From positions 1 through 52,243 of the forward strand of contig PS015292.1 in assembly GCA_048213135.1 (NCBI GenBank): DNA of 52,243 nt. Direction: 5' to 3'. The notes below the pieces were generated by a model. That model had not been told where the DNA came from and searched no databases. It worked only from the letters and a program-made list of their open reading frames with translations. The stretch comes from Reclinomonas americana ATCC 50394 (Eukaryota). Positions 26,931 to 40,412 of this stretch are shown one piece after another; within the stretch, counting starts at the first letter, position 1; every line of letters begins with the position of its first letter. Both the position numbers and the translations under genes were made by a program.

Positions 26931-27081
26931 GCTTTCTTTTTGAGTGATTGGTGTTGTGTTCGGGATTTAGGACAGAGGCCAAAGCGAGCGGCATTGTCTG
27001 GACGGTTGAAATCACACGGTGCACGCAGCGGCCTCAGGTCTCCTTCAAGGCTCCTGACATTTGCGACTCACGCCAACGAAG

Positions 27082-27534
27082 ATGTACTTTGGTCGCGAGG
27101 CCGATGAGGCCGCGCGTCGTCGCGAGAAGATGTCTGACGAGTACAAACGCGGTTTGTCAATCTCTCTTGTCTCTCTCACTCTTCAATGGTTGTCTTATTC
27201 GACATCGCAGAGCTTCAACGTGAGCTGCGTGATCGTGGATACTTTGACGGTGGTGGTGGTGGTGGTGAGAAGGGCGCTGGTGGGATGCCTCCGACGCAAG
27301 CAAATGGGCAGGGGAGTGGCAATGGAGGATCGGGATCAGGCAGTGCGATGAGTGGCGGCAATGGAGCGCCGATGCCACCGCCGCTGGCACCACCGCGAGG
27401 GTCTGTTGGCCTCTCACTCACTGAGTCATACATAGTGTCGACAAGCCTGCCTCTCTCTTCCGATCATGACTGTTTCTCACTTCAACTGCGATGACTACTC
27501 CACGATCTCTCCCTCTCTATCCGTCTGTCTCTCC

Positions 27535-27575
<41 letters not shown>

Positions 27576-30500
27576 TCCGATCATGACTGTTTCTCACTTC
27601 ATCCTCAGTGCAAACAGCGATGACTCCTCCACGATTTCTCTCTCCCTCTCTCTCTCTGTCTGTCTGTCTGTCTGTCTGTCTCTTCTGATCTCTCTCTCTC
27701 TCTCCCTTCCGATCACGACCGTTTCCTCACGATCAGCATCAGTGCAAACAGCGACATGAGTCCTCCACGATTGTCGGCCAGGCGACACGAAATGAGTTTA
27801 GTGTTGAACGGGAGTGTTGCTCGTGAGATCGTCGCTCTCGTCTGACTTGTGTTGCGTCGCAGTGCATCATCCGGCGCACATGTATCAATCGCCGGGCACG
27901 CGATACGAGGTGAACATTCAGTGAGATAATGAGTGTCTTGCGTACGCGTGCGTGCGATGGGGATTGTTGACTGCGAGAGTAGGGATCGCCACCGACGACG
28001 ACAACGGGTCACTATCGGCGGGATGAGCAGTCGCGACGTAGCAATCGGGATAAGGGAGCAGCGGATCAGGATTTGTACTTGTGGTGTGCCGAGTTGCAGT
28101 CGCGAGTGGCCGAGGTGGAGCGCGACATGGGTCGTCGATTGCAGCGCACGGAGATGACGTCCAGTTCGGCTGAGGAGCGCCTCAAGGAGGTGGAGATGAA
28201 GCTGATGACGCAGTCGCGACAGGTGCACTGCGCTCTTCACGCCACTTGTTCTTCATTCCGTCGTGTGCTCATTCATGCGGTGCGAGAGCAGACGGGCTCG
28301 ACGGACGTGTTTCGCTCCATGATTGGCGATCTGCGGCGTGATTTCGATCAGCGACTCCAGCAAATGGCAGCGCAGGCGTACCAGTGGAAGGAGGAGGCGG
28401 TGAGCAGTGCAGACGCACTCAGGAGTATGGTGGAGCAGCAGCGGTTCGAGGCCCTGGAGCGATCGCGCAGGGAGGACGAGTGGAGGTCGGCGATTGCCAT
28501 GAAACAAAAGGAGCTCGACAATGTGCGCCCTCGTGCGATCCTATTTATGTTGTGGTGTGATCGCCCCCTCATGTCCGTGATGCGCAGGAAATCATGCAAC
28601 TCGACGTGCGCTCCTCGGTGGACAAGCTGAGCAGATTATCGCAGTCGCAGGAGAAGCAAGTCGAGGACCTTGCTCGGCAGACGGAAATGGTGCAGCAAGA
28701 CATGAGGAAAAAGTTCGCTCCCCCCTTCTTGCGGCATCGATGTGGTCAGTGTGCTTACGGTATGCACTGGCAGGTTTGCACACATGGCTTCGACGCTAGA
28801 GAGCCTTGAGCAATTGGTGGCGCAGGAGGTCAACTCGCGCGTCAAGTCAGAGGAGGCGCAGCAGCAGTTTGTGGCCAGTGTCACGCAGCAGATGGAGCAG
28901 CGCATCAAGGGCGTGCAAAAGTTGCGCACCTGTCAGCAGCACTCTCCTTCCATCGCATTCTGTCGACTCATCTTCACGCGCCATGCGCAGTCTGGCCGTG
29001 GATGGCATGAAGATGGAAGCGAAGCGCATGCTGACCGAGGCAGCGTATGCACGGGAGGAGATGGAGAAGCACATCTTGTCGTTGCAGTCGGCGCTGCGAG
29101 GACTGCAGGAGAACCAGATGCAGCTGGCGGCAGAGATCAAGGATACGGCACGTGCGCTGGGTCGCTCCATCGCCGACACGCGACAGATGCGCGAGGAGGA
29201 CACGAGAGCGATTGCAGACATGGCTCCGCGTGTCGACAAGCTCGAGTGGCACGTCTCCAATGTCCGCGTCAAGGTCGACGCGCACACCGAGGAGCTCAAG
29301 TCGCAGCGTGCCGACTTGACAGTGGCCGAGGCCGCGGCCGACTCGGTGCGCTCCCTCGCAGCACAGGTATCCATGGCCTCTTGACATGTATTATTGGCAG
29401 ACGAGTTGCCAACACCTTCTCCCGCAGATGATGGAGTTGGAGCAGGCACTGGAGGATCACATTCGCAATGGTGCCGCCGCAGTCAGTGCCGATGCAGTTG
29501 CGTGTTGTGGTTTCAGTAATCTGTGACTGTCTCTCTCCACTCATGCCGATAGCAGGTGTCGGGTGTGAATGCTCGCATGGACAAGCTGCGCGCAACGATG
29601 AACGTGATGACAGAGAACCTGGGCTTGCTGATGGTGAAGGCCGAGTCGCTGACGACACGGGTGATCGATGCCGAAAATACGCTTGCGCGACACCAGCAGG
29701 CCCTTGGCGCGGTGCAGGTGAGGGGTTGGAGTTGCATATGTGTGTTGTTTTTCTCTTGCTCGTTGCTGACTCTGTTGTTGTGCGCAGGCCATTGATGAGC
29801 CAGCAGTGCATCCGCGCATTGCACAAGCGGAATCGATGCAAAAACTCGGTGCCTCGTATGTGGCGCTGGAGGAGCGCGTGCTCGAGCGACTGTCGGGAGC
29901 GCCAGCAGCTGGCGGAGCAGCAGCAGTCGCCAAGCCGCTGCCATTACCGGAAATGGTCGCTGCCGAGTCACCCTCCAACAGCAGGCCAGCCACTGGCGGT
30001 CGCACTGCTCGCAAGGTATGTCTCCCATACACTGGCGAGCGCAGAAGGAGATACTCACTCACTTGTCCTCGATGCAGGCACCACCGAAAGACCCATCGGA
30101 GGTCGCCGAGTGGCAGCGCGGCTCGGGTGTTCTCGGTCGCGGATCGATGCATGTCAAACGCTCCAAGGCGACGTCGAAGCCCGGTGCCGCCACCACGCCC
30201 ACCAACGGCGCAGGAGAGGCGTCGTCCGCCGCTGCGCCACCTCCGTCGATCGATGCAGCGCCACCAGCGTCGAGCGAGCAGGAGACGGGGGATAACAAGC
30301 CGCCAGCAGAAGGCCCACTCACCGACATGAGCACCACGGAGGAGAACGAGGAGGCGGAAGCAGCCGAAGAGGAGGCAGTAGCAGAGCCGCCACCAGCGCC
30401 ACCAAGTCCCCCGCCGCCGCCTGCGGAACCTCCAGCAGAAGAGACGCACAGTGACGGTGGAGAGCAGTCTGAATCGCCGCCACCACCACCACCGCACGAC

Positions 30501-30902
30501 GGGGGCGTGGAGGAGGACATTGAGACTGAGGAGGCGCTGGCAGCTCGCCGGCGGCGAGAAGCAGAGGAAGCGGAGGAGAGAAGACGACATGAAGAAGAGG
30601 AGGAGGCTCGGGCGCCGACGGTGGAGGTCCCACTGGACCTGTCCGCCTTGGCCAGACCAGAGACCGAAAAGACCGACATGCTGCTGCCCGAATCCGGGAG
30701 CATATCGAATCGCGGCCCATCGGCCGGCAAGCGCGGTCGTGGAGCAGGGCGAGGCGAGTCACGCAGACCGCCACCGGGCCAAGCGGCCAACAATCCGACT
30801 TCCGCTGCTCCTCCTGGCGCATCGTCTTCATCGGGCGCAGCGGCCACACCAAGCCGCGGTGGCGGAGGAAAGCGCGGTGGCAAGAGTGGACACGCCAAGT
30901 AA
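27082..30902 (+). CDS. Coiled-coil protein with an acidic/Pro-rich C-terminal tail, unknown function
   Basis: Starts MYFGREADEAARRREKMSDEYKR. About 14 exons are joined in phase by GT-AG introns. It has long heptad regions and an E/P/A-rich last exon ending TAA 30900-30902. Confidence 0.75.
27455..27772 (+). repeat. Degenerate tandem triplication (unit about 115-130 bp) at an intron/exon boundary
   Basis: TTCCGATCAYGACYGTTTC...CTCCACGAT recurs at about 27458, 27575 and 27707, separated by (TC)n tracts. Confidence 0.8.
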
Positions 30903-31020
30903 TTGTGTCGGTGGCACTCTCCTTTAACCTTTCATTAACAACTTGTCTAAACTGTGTATGTGCTGTTTTGTGCGAATGAATGAATTCTAGTGTGACTAAC
31001 AACAACAACAACAACCACTG

Positions 31021-34000
31021 CTACTTCTTGCGTCCAAGTGTCCGCTGCTTCTCGCCGGCTGCCACCAGCTTCTCGTCTACTTGCAAGCCCTTGCGCTTGC
31101 GCACCGTGTTCATGTACGTGCGCGCAATGTTGGGAATGACTTCCTTGTCGCCCCACTCCTCCAGCTCCTCCTCGGTGGGTTCCCAGAACGGCGACACCTC
31201 AATCGTCTCCCAGTGCGACAGTTTCAACTGTGGACTGGCAGCACCAGAGGCCTTGGTGCGCAACTCATTGGCAAAATTGAAGGACTCGGCCACCTGAGCA
31301 GCGAGGACAGACGTTGAGCAAACAATGATCACACGTACACGCAGCATGATGAACGCACCGGCAACAGGCTTTCCACTGTAAATGTGTTGGTACCCTCGCG
31401 GAATCGCTCATTCACCACTCGCGCACGCCGTCGGTTCAGCACATCGTACACGCGACCGATGAACTCGACTGCGTGACGATAATGGCGAGTGAGCGACTGA
31501 GGTGGTGCAACGATTGACAGCAACAAAAACGGTAATGACCTGGTGCATCAATAACACACTCGTACATGGCCTCCACCAGCCGAGGGGAGGCCTCGAGGAA
31601 CGCATCGCGACATGTGGTCTTGACGGCGGCCATGATCTGCACGAAATGCACGAAAGGTGAGGAACTATTTCACACGCACACGTGTAAACAACACTTCTGT
31701 GCCGCACCTGCCCCGTCAGCGGTCCATACGGATCGGCAGCACTGAGCTGGAAGGCACTGGAGCCGTCGACAAACTCCACTTGCATGACATGGTAGGCGAC
31801 GCCTGTCAGCGGCTCGTCGCACAGTGGGCCATGAGCGGCGGCCAGCTGGAAACCCGACACGACGCTGCCGTCAATCGACACCATCGACGCCCATTCTGCA
31901 CATTGTGAAGCGTGTGAGCAGCACGCAATGCACAACTGCAGCAGAGGTTGTGTAACAAACCGTCGGAGGACTCCACCGGGTGTACGCGGAAACCCAATTG
32001 TGCGCGATCAGCCAATGTGCCCCACGCACTGCGACGACTCACGTAAGCATTCCTTTGAGCGACGAAGTGCCGAGAAACGTACGCAACGCGGATGTGCAGT
32101 AGCCGGGGACATCGTTGAAAAGAATGTTGGAGCCGCAGCGTCGCGGTCCAAAGGCCCACACGTGATCCACTCGCGACGCCCATTCCTCGCCAGCAGCTGT
32201 AAACTCGGCACGCAGACCCTCAAAGAGCGTGTGATACTCTGCGTGAATGGCGAATGAGATGCACCGAAATGAGATCTTACACAGAGTGCGCAGATACACA
32301 CCCGCCGACGCCATGCGCGAGGAGATGCTCTTGATGCTCTCACGATGCGCCTCCAGGAACGAAGTGATGTTCGCCGGCAACGGCGTGCATCGCACAGTGA
32401 ACTTGACACGCTGATTCGCAGTGAGACCCTCGGCTTCGCCACTGGCCTCGTCGCTCGGCACCACCGTCTCGCGGAACGTCACCAACGGCTCCGACGCATG
32501 CACCTTGACCTTGGCAAAGCTCTCCTCCAAGTCGCGAAGACATCGCTGCGACCACTGTTAACACACAGGCACACACCACGACACCACCCATCAATCTCAA
32601 GCTCACCTCGGCGTGCACCTCGCCAGCACACACAATCACATGCTCGCCATTCTCCTGCACAAACACCTCCACCGACGGATCCGAGCTGTTCAACATGCGC
32701 AGACCCTCCATCAATCGTCTCATGTCGCCCACATTCTCCGGCTCCACCGCGATGCGTACAATTGGCGCCGCCTGTGGCGAGGTCAGTATGAGCGTGCTGA
32801 TGGAAGAGGGTCACAGGAGGAGGCAAGACGGAACCTGGAACTGCATCAACGAGAACGCAGGCAGGCGCTGGTCGGACGACACGGTGGCGTACTTGAGAAT
32901 CTGGCGAGACATGCCGCCAATGCCGAAAATGTTGCCGGCGGGCACCTCATCCACTGGCTCCACACTGCGACCCATGAGGATATACAGATCCTCGACGACC
33001 ACCGTGTGTCGGTGCTTCTCCGGATGCGAGGGCTTGTAGCGAGCGCCCAGGATGTGAATCCGCTGTCCGCGACGCAACGTGCCCGAGAAAATGCGACCAA
33101 AGCCCACAAACGGATCAAACGACTCGCCATCATCCGCTGAATCCGCACGTTCCGCGGCGGCATCTTGTTGCGCCGCCATTTGCCGCTCCACTTGCTTCAG
33201 CACCACGGCTGTGCGAACACGTGCGCGCGAAGAGAGTGAGGAGACGACATGGAGCGACGCAGTGAGCAGCAAAATACATACCACCCGCATGACCGCTCAG
33301 CAGCGGATCGTCCTCGCGCCACGGCTCCTCCGGCACTCCACTCGCTCGTGCGGCAGCCGAGGCCTCACCATCACCTCGCGATGATGCACCAGCGCCGGCG
33401 GCGGCAGTGCCCTCCTGTGGAATCGATGGTCTCGGTCGCGGGCGCGACACGTGCGCACTGGCAGCGCCAGCAAAGTCCATTTCTGCGCAACATGTTCAGT
33501 TCGCATGACACAGGGAAAGGGAAGGTCATGAAACTACGCACCCAAAAGCTTCGACACAAAGGCATACACCGGCGCCGAATCACTTGAATCGCATGTGCGG
33601 AAGGCCTGCGCCGCTTGCCGGCAGAATTCCACCGACTCGGCAGCTGGCGATGGCGACGCGCCACTCGACGGTACGACGAGATCCGCCGAGGCCAGGAGTT
33701 CGGGCACGAGGTGTGCGGCACGTATGTCCTGCGCCACCACCGGCGACGGCACGTGCTCCACCACCATTTCTGCGCCACGCCACATAAGTAAAAAAAGACA
33801 CTACGCAGCTCCTGGCCGCAAGCAACACAGACGCAACGAAGAATGCAATCGGAGAGAGGCAGCCAGCGGCTGAGAACCGACTGGAGTGCCACCTTGCGAT
33901 CGCGGTGCGCCAACTCACGCGGCGGCACCGTCAGCGACAGAGCTCGCAAGATCTTTACGAGTTTCTCCTCATCGCTGCAATAAACGCAGCAGAGTCAGAC

Positions 34001-35221
34001 TCACCGCCACTCCCTCTCCGTCACACATACACTCATGTGTGGGCGCAACTTGCTGAGCACCGCATTGTAGACGGCGTACATGTTTTCGAGAATGAACTGC
34101 ACAAACATGGGAGCCGACGACTTGGTGGGCGGCTTGCGCAGAATGCGCTTGGTCTTCGGGTCCAGATAGAAGAGCCCGCCCAGCGCCTTGACCAGCACCT
34201 CGTACTTCATGCCAAGCTTCTGCGCATACAGCCGCGCAAAATCTGACACGCGAAACGCCCACCCGTCCACCGCCGACGCGAACGCCACATTTCCCCTCTC
34301 CAACGAGAAGAACGCAGTGCTGTCGACTGCATCGGTGATATCCTCGCCATCTTCACCAAGCGCGCCACCCACCTCCAGCACTCCCTCGTCGACACGCGCC
34401 ATAATGTCGGCATTCTGCGCGCAAGTGTATGTGTGAGAGAGAGAGGCAGCGCGATGCTGCGGAGGATGAACGCAACGTAGAAACTCGACTGAATGACATT
34501 GGTGGCCTCGAGAATGGTGCGCACTTGATGAAAGGCCTCCAGTGGCGACAGCCGCAGCTCGGTGATGAGCTTGTCGAACTTGTTCAGCACCAGACACGGA
34601 GCAAGGTTCTCACGCCACGCCTGCCAATCGCCCCCCTCAGTCTCCTCTCGTGCATGCTATAGCTCACAAAGGAGACGTACCTGTTCCAGCACCGCACGCG
34701 TCTGCACACACACGCCCTCCACACAGTCGACCAACACCACCGCTCCGTCGCACAGACGCACCGCCGTCGACACCTCACTGGAGAAATCCACATGCCCCGG
34801 CGAGTCAATCAAATGCACCAAGTACCTCTCACTCGACGCAGGCACAGGCGCGCTATCACTGCTCCCACTGCTGCTCCCAGGCGCCTGCTCAGCAGGCGCC
34901 GGCACTTGCTGCTGATGAATGAGTGCAATGGAGCTTGATTTCATCGTGATTCCGCGCAGCTGCTCGTCTGGGCGCGAGTCCATAAAGCGCACTTTGCCGG
35001 CGATCTTGGGCGAGATGATGCCATTGGAGGAGATCAAGTGGTCACTGAGCGTCGTCTTGCCTGCAGGCACGTCAAAGTGCGTCAGTGTGACTGAATTTAG
35101 TCTCTCTTTCTCAGCGTGGCAAACCGTGGTCCACATGCGCCAACACGCAAATGTTGCGCACGTGCGTGGCGTCGCCGAGAACATCGCGCAGATCGCCTGG
35201 TTGCACAGCGATGCGATGCAT
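31021..35221 (-). CDS. EFL1: Elongation factor-like GTPase EFL1/RIA1 (60S maturation)
   Basis: [106 protein letters not shown] and C-terminal [10 protein letters not shown]. Confidence 0.95.
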
Positions 35222-35287
35222 CTCTGTCGGTCGCTGATGTTACGAGGGCGTGACAGTGCGAGACAGTGCGAGTCGTGCACAGGAAAA

Positions 35288-35297
35288 CGCGGGAAAA
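35288..35297 (-). promoter_or_regulatory. E2F-like element TTTTCCCGCG in the EFL1 / DUF4614 divergent spacer
   Basis: The same decamer as at 25371-25380, within a 93-bp head-to-head interval. Confidence 0.4.
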
Positions 35298-35314
35298 GTG
35301 ATCGTTGGTCATAC

Positions 35315-38300
35315 ATGTCGAGCAGCGATGAGGAGATCGATCTCGACGCCTCTGGCAGCGAGGACGACTATCAACCGCCGCCGCAACGGCCGATTACGCG
35401 ACATGGAGCACCGCCAATGCCGGGTCCGACTCGCCAGGCGTCGTTTGCTCAGCGTGATCCTTATGCCTCGCGACTGAGGTCTGTGTGCTGTTCTCCTCTT
35501 GTGTGCGTGTCTGTGCTCATGTGTGTTGTGTAGTGAGTCGCCGGCGTGGGCGGGTGGTGGAGGAGGTGCTGGACGGCCGGGAGATGCACTGGCGCAGGCG
35601 TTGGCCAATGCGCAGCGACGAAAGGCCTTGGAGGCGCAGCAGCAGCAGCAACAGCAGCAGCAGGCGATGGCCAGGCAGCAGCAGCAGGTGAGGCGCGGTG
35701 GTCCACTGGCCTCGGATCAGTTGGCTGCCAAGGTATGTGAGCAAAGTGTGTGGGACTCTGGTGGCGATCCTCACGCGTTGTCGCTTGCAGTTTCAGGCCC
35801 GTGATCGACTTGCCGGTGCGTTCATGTGTCTGTGTCTGTGTGGCAAAGCGTGTAGCGGCGACTGAGACGATTCGTGTGCAGTTGACTCGGACAGCGACTT
35901 GTCGGACATGTCGCCGCCGATGTCGCGGTCGAGCCGGCCGACGTTGTCTGTGTCTGCGCCACCGCCGCCTGGTCGATCGGCGGCCGCGGCTGAGCGGTTG
36001 TTGGCGGAGAGCGACTCGGACAGCAGTATTGAACGAGTTGCGTGCTCTCTGCTCTCTCACCTCACATCACATCACGCACCTTTGTTAACCTGGTCCGCGC
36101 ACGCCAGATCATGCGCGATCACTTGCCGGCGAGGGCCAGTGCACAGACGGTGACGAGGCAGGCATCAGAGCCGACTCTGCGCTCGGCACTGCGCACCGAT
36201 GCTGGTGGCGTGATCCGATCGGACGAGTTTATGCGCTCGAGCCGCGAGGACCGGCGACGACTGGTCAAGTTCAAGGAGCCGTCACCGAGTCCCACTCGAC
36301 CGCTCGGGTCCACCACAGTGAAGACACCGGCGGGCCAGTCGGCCGCGGTTGCGGCGCCGGCGCCCACAAACTTTTCCGCGCTGAGTTTCAAGGCGTTCAC
36401 CGCCACTGCAGAACCCGCGGCGCCGGTGCCCGCTGCTGCAGCTACGGCCTCGCAACCACCTCGTGTCGCCAAGAGCAACTCTGCGCCGCAGTTGAATGCA
36501 GCCGCGGCCACGCCGGCTGCTTCAGTACCGCCAGCGCCGGCAGCGCTCGCCGCCAGCAGTGCGCCAACAAAGCGCATGCAACTGCCGGCCTCTGCACTTC
36601 AACTGCAGGGCAACAAGCCACTCGGCTCCACCGCTGCGCGTGTGAGTGCTTCTTTCGCTTGCCATGGCGACGTGAATCGTTCTGCATTCTGATTATTTTT
36701 TGTGTGTGTGTGTGTGCAGTCAACGAGTGCAGGACCGGCAGCCACGACACCGACAGCGTCTCGCTTCCTCACCGCCCCTGCCTCACCGGGTCTCGGGGAC
36801 TCGCTGTCGGACGAAAGCCTCTCCATCGGCTCACCTTCGGTGCTCGAGTCGACTGACGACGAAATAGGATCACCAGTGGCTGCACGAGCGACACTCCAGT
36901 CGCGACTGACTACTGCACCGACCACTGCTGCTACTGCTGGTAGTCGTGTGGGAGTTGCTGCGCGTGCTCCAGTCGTCGAATCGGACGAGGAAATCGAGGT
37001 GGAGTCGGAGGAGGAGTTGAAACCGATTCGCAGAGGTGGTGGTCCACCAGCAGCTGCGCTGGCACAGGGAGTCGCCCTGGCGCGTGCGGCTGCTGGTGCA
37101 GGTGGACCACCGATTGCAGCAGACAAGGGAGGACCGAGTATTGGAAGGGGAGCTGGTGTTGCTGCTGCAGCTGGACGTGGCGGTGCTGCTGTTGTTGGTG
37201 GAGGCCCTATGATTGGTGCTGGCAGAGGAACAACTACTGCTGCTGCTGGCAGCGTTGGTGGTGGTCGTGGTGGTGGTGGTCCACTGTTGCGTGCAGGACA
37301 GGCAGCAATTGGTTCACCTCCCACGCCGCCATCGTCGCCTTCAGAGGTCGAAGAGGACACACCACCAAAGATAAGTGCGGTTGCTGGCCGTGGTGGTGGT
37401 GGAAGAGGTGGAGGTGGCGGTCCGCTACTTCGTTCCACTTCACTGACTACGGGAATCGGAGGAGGAGGAGGAGGAGGAGGAGGGAAAAGTGCACCGGCCG
37501 CAGTGCGATCGCCGCCGAGTCCGCCAAGTCCATCATCGGAAGACATTGATGTGGACAGTGATGAGGCACCACGAAAACCATTCCGAGGCGGTGGTGGACC
37601 ACCACTGGCTCGGCCTCCGCAGGCGGCAGTCTCGGCGTCGCCAGCGAGGAAGCCAGACGTGCCCGGCAAGGCTGCGAGTGGTGGTGGTGGACCTCTGCTT
37701 GCGCGCTCTGTGGACACTGCGTCGTCCAAGGGTGGTCCGCTGATGACGCCCGCTGCTGTGTCGAGGTCGACAGAGCAGTCGCCTCTCGCGGCGCAGTCGC
37801 AGCAGCAGCGAAGGAGTCTGGACGGACCCGCCTCCATCAGTGGCCTCTCCTCCATTTCTCAGGCGTCACAGAACGACTCGGCGAGCGACATTTCCGTGTC
37901 GATCTCGTTCGAGGGGAGCTCCATTGCGTCAGAGGACGGCATTAGCAACAAGCCGAAACCCGCAGCGAAGCCTGCCGCTGCGCCGTCACGTGCTTCAGGT
38001 GCTGCCGGCTTGCAGTCGGGTGCGGCTCTCGCTGCTCTCGGTAAGAAGGCCGGATTCATGACGGTGGCCGACTTGAAACCGGCGGGAGACTCGGCCGACG
38101 AGGTCGAATCGCTGCCACCCACCGAGTCGGAAGTAGTTGCGTTTTGTCGACACGCGCAAGTGAGGTGAAGGAGGTTGGCTGACATTGTCGCAGAGCGAGG
38201 TGGAGAGCGCAGTGCAGAGTGAGTCCGACATGTCACATCGTGGCAGTCCGCCGCAGCGAAGCACCGGCGGTCGTCCCACGGCGCAACGCAGACGATCACC

Positions 38301-40229
38301 CGTGGCCGTTGATAGCTCGGTGCGTTGGTTGTGCGTTTGGTTATCACGATGCCAGTTACTCAATTGCTGTTCGCGCAGATCGAGGAGTCCCTCAACCAGT
38401 CTCGTTCTCGGTGCGTTGCATTTGACGTGATGAACATTACTTGACTCCTTCGACTGGGAACATCTCACATGCGTTATTGTTGCTGACAATGGTGCAGATT
38501 GGACTCAAGCGCCATCTCTGAGGATATCAGTGTAGATCGCTCGCGAAACCAGCGGTACGTGCAGTCACAGCGTTCGAAGACCCTGCTCGTGACTCATAAC
38601 TCTCATGTCCATACAGTCGACCAGCGCCAGCACCCGTGTCATCGACAAACAACAAGGCAAGCCGGCAGGATGGTACGTGCAAGTTAGCACATGCAGCTGC
38701 TCGATTCAGCTGACACACACGGCTCGTAACAGTGAGTTCGCCGGCCTCGGTTGCCTCCTCGTCGGTGGTGGAGAGTTATGACGACGACGATTTCGAGGAG
38801 GCCAGTGAAATGTCGAGCGCCGAGCAGCCGCAGCGAGGACCGGCGCGGCTTCTGTTTGCAGGACCCAAGTCCACCATGCGCAAGTCGCCGGTGCATAGCA
38901 AGTTGCGAGTGGATCATGTGTGTCATTGTTTTCCAGTAATCAGGACACCTCACACTGAAAACCGTCGACAGTTCGGGTGAATCGTTCGACGAGGAGACAG
39001 TGTCGGAGGAGAACGCTGCCGACGAGAAGCCTGTGCCAGCCAAGAAAGCGGTTCAACAGCAACAACAACAAAAGGCAGCACCAGTGGCGGCAGCCAAGAC
39101 GCAGCCGGCGGCGACACGCAAAGTCGTGGCCAGCCCGAGCGTGGAATCGTACGCCGAAGACTTTGACTCGGAAGATGCCGAGTCGGTTGTTGAGCCACCG
39201 GCGTCGGCCAAGTCCACGCCTACAACAGCAGCCAAACCCGCAATCAGCAATGTTGTCGCGCCACCACAGCCTCCACCAGCGCCGCCAGAGGTGAGTGCCT
39301 CTCTGCACGTGTTTCACGTGCATGCATCTGACTTTTACTATACACAGCCACCGGCTCCCGTCGTCGCTGCTGCGCAGCCACCACCAACCGCATCACCATC
39401 CAAGCCGACTCCACAACAGGCGTGGCCGGAGAACCCCGACGGTACGACGATGATGAGCGAGTGCTGTTTCTTTCTTCCCATCCATCTTAGCTCTCTGTGT
39501 TGTGTGTTGTGTGCAGTGGTTCGCTTCGCGCAGTCCGACGACCGATTCCAGCGGCGCAAGAAGATGCGTCGGCGGCGCTCAGAAGTGTTCTCCGGCGACT
39601 CGTCGCCCTCGGAGACACTGCTCGGATCGCGCCGCGAGTCTGCGACGGGTAGCAGCAGTGGACGGCGCGCATCCACCGCACGCTCCGACGATCGCGAGTC
39701 ACTGCAAGCGGTGCCCGACCGACTGTTTCACCGCGTGGGCCGACTGCCACCGTCGGTCGTGGATGCAGTGCTGGACAAGAGAGACATTGAGGGTGAGTGT
39801 TGTGGAGTTCAAAGGAGACAACAAGACGACGACTCACGTTGGTGTGGCACCAGAGCTGGCAAAGAGGGATCCCACGCGACTCTTGGCCGACGAGCTGGTC
39901 CTGCAGCACGTGGTGGTTTGTGTGAATGTGATACTGTATGCGAGATTGAAGCCGTTCTCACTCCTCCCTTCACAGTTGATGCAGTCGTACGTGACCATGG
40001 CAAGCAATTTGACGCGCGGCTTTGCCGCCACCACACGCCTGTCGACATTCCAGTACACCACACTGGAGGATACAAAACGAGTGCGTTCTATAGGAGGGAA
40101 AAGATGAGGCAAAGGAGTGCTCACTCTTAGTCGCGCGCACAGTACATTGCGGAGAACCGACCGCCACCGCTAACGATGGAAGAGGCCATGCGATTGGTGG
40201 AAGAGGAGGAGTCACGGGAAAGCCGGTAA
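35315..40229 (+). CDS. Long low-complexity protein with a C-terminal DUF4614 (C19orf44-like) domain
   Basis: The spliced C-terminus [33 protein letters not shown] resembles the C19orf44/DUF4614 terminal motif as I recall it. Upstream exons are Ser/Ala/Gly/Pro-rich and joined in phase. The stop is TAA at 40227-40229. Confidence 0.7.
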
Positions 40230-40412
40230 TCGTATAAAGTCGAGGAGGATTGTTTATTGTTGCTGAGCAGCGAAGAACAAAGAACGCAAACTCCAACTTT
40301 GCAACTTCCGGATGACGTGACCTCGAAGTCGATGTGATCGTCCCACGCCAGATGCATCTCCGTCCCCGCCGTCACCTCTACATTAGCAAAAGCATCCAGA
40401 GCACAGACAAGC

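Noticed and set aside
32028-32043. Apparent 14-nt intron GTGAGTCGTCGCAG in EFL1
   Set aside because: The upstream GTTGCG donor at 32087 gives a normal-sized intron in the same phase with a branch-like GCTTAC.
36599-37855. Long antisense ORFs (e.g. 418 aa here, 279 aa at 30059-30898)
   Set aside because: They are shadows of GC-rich low-complexity sense exons.
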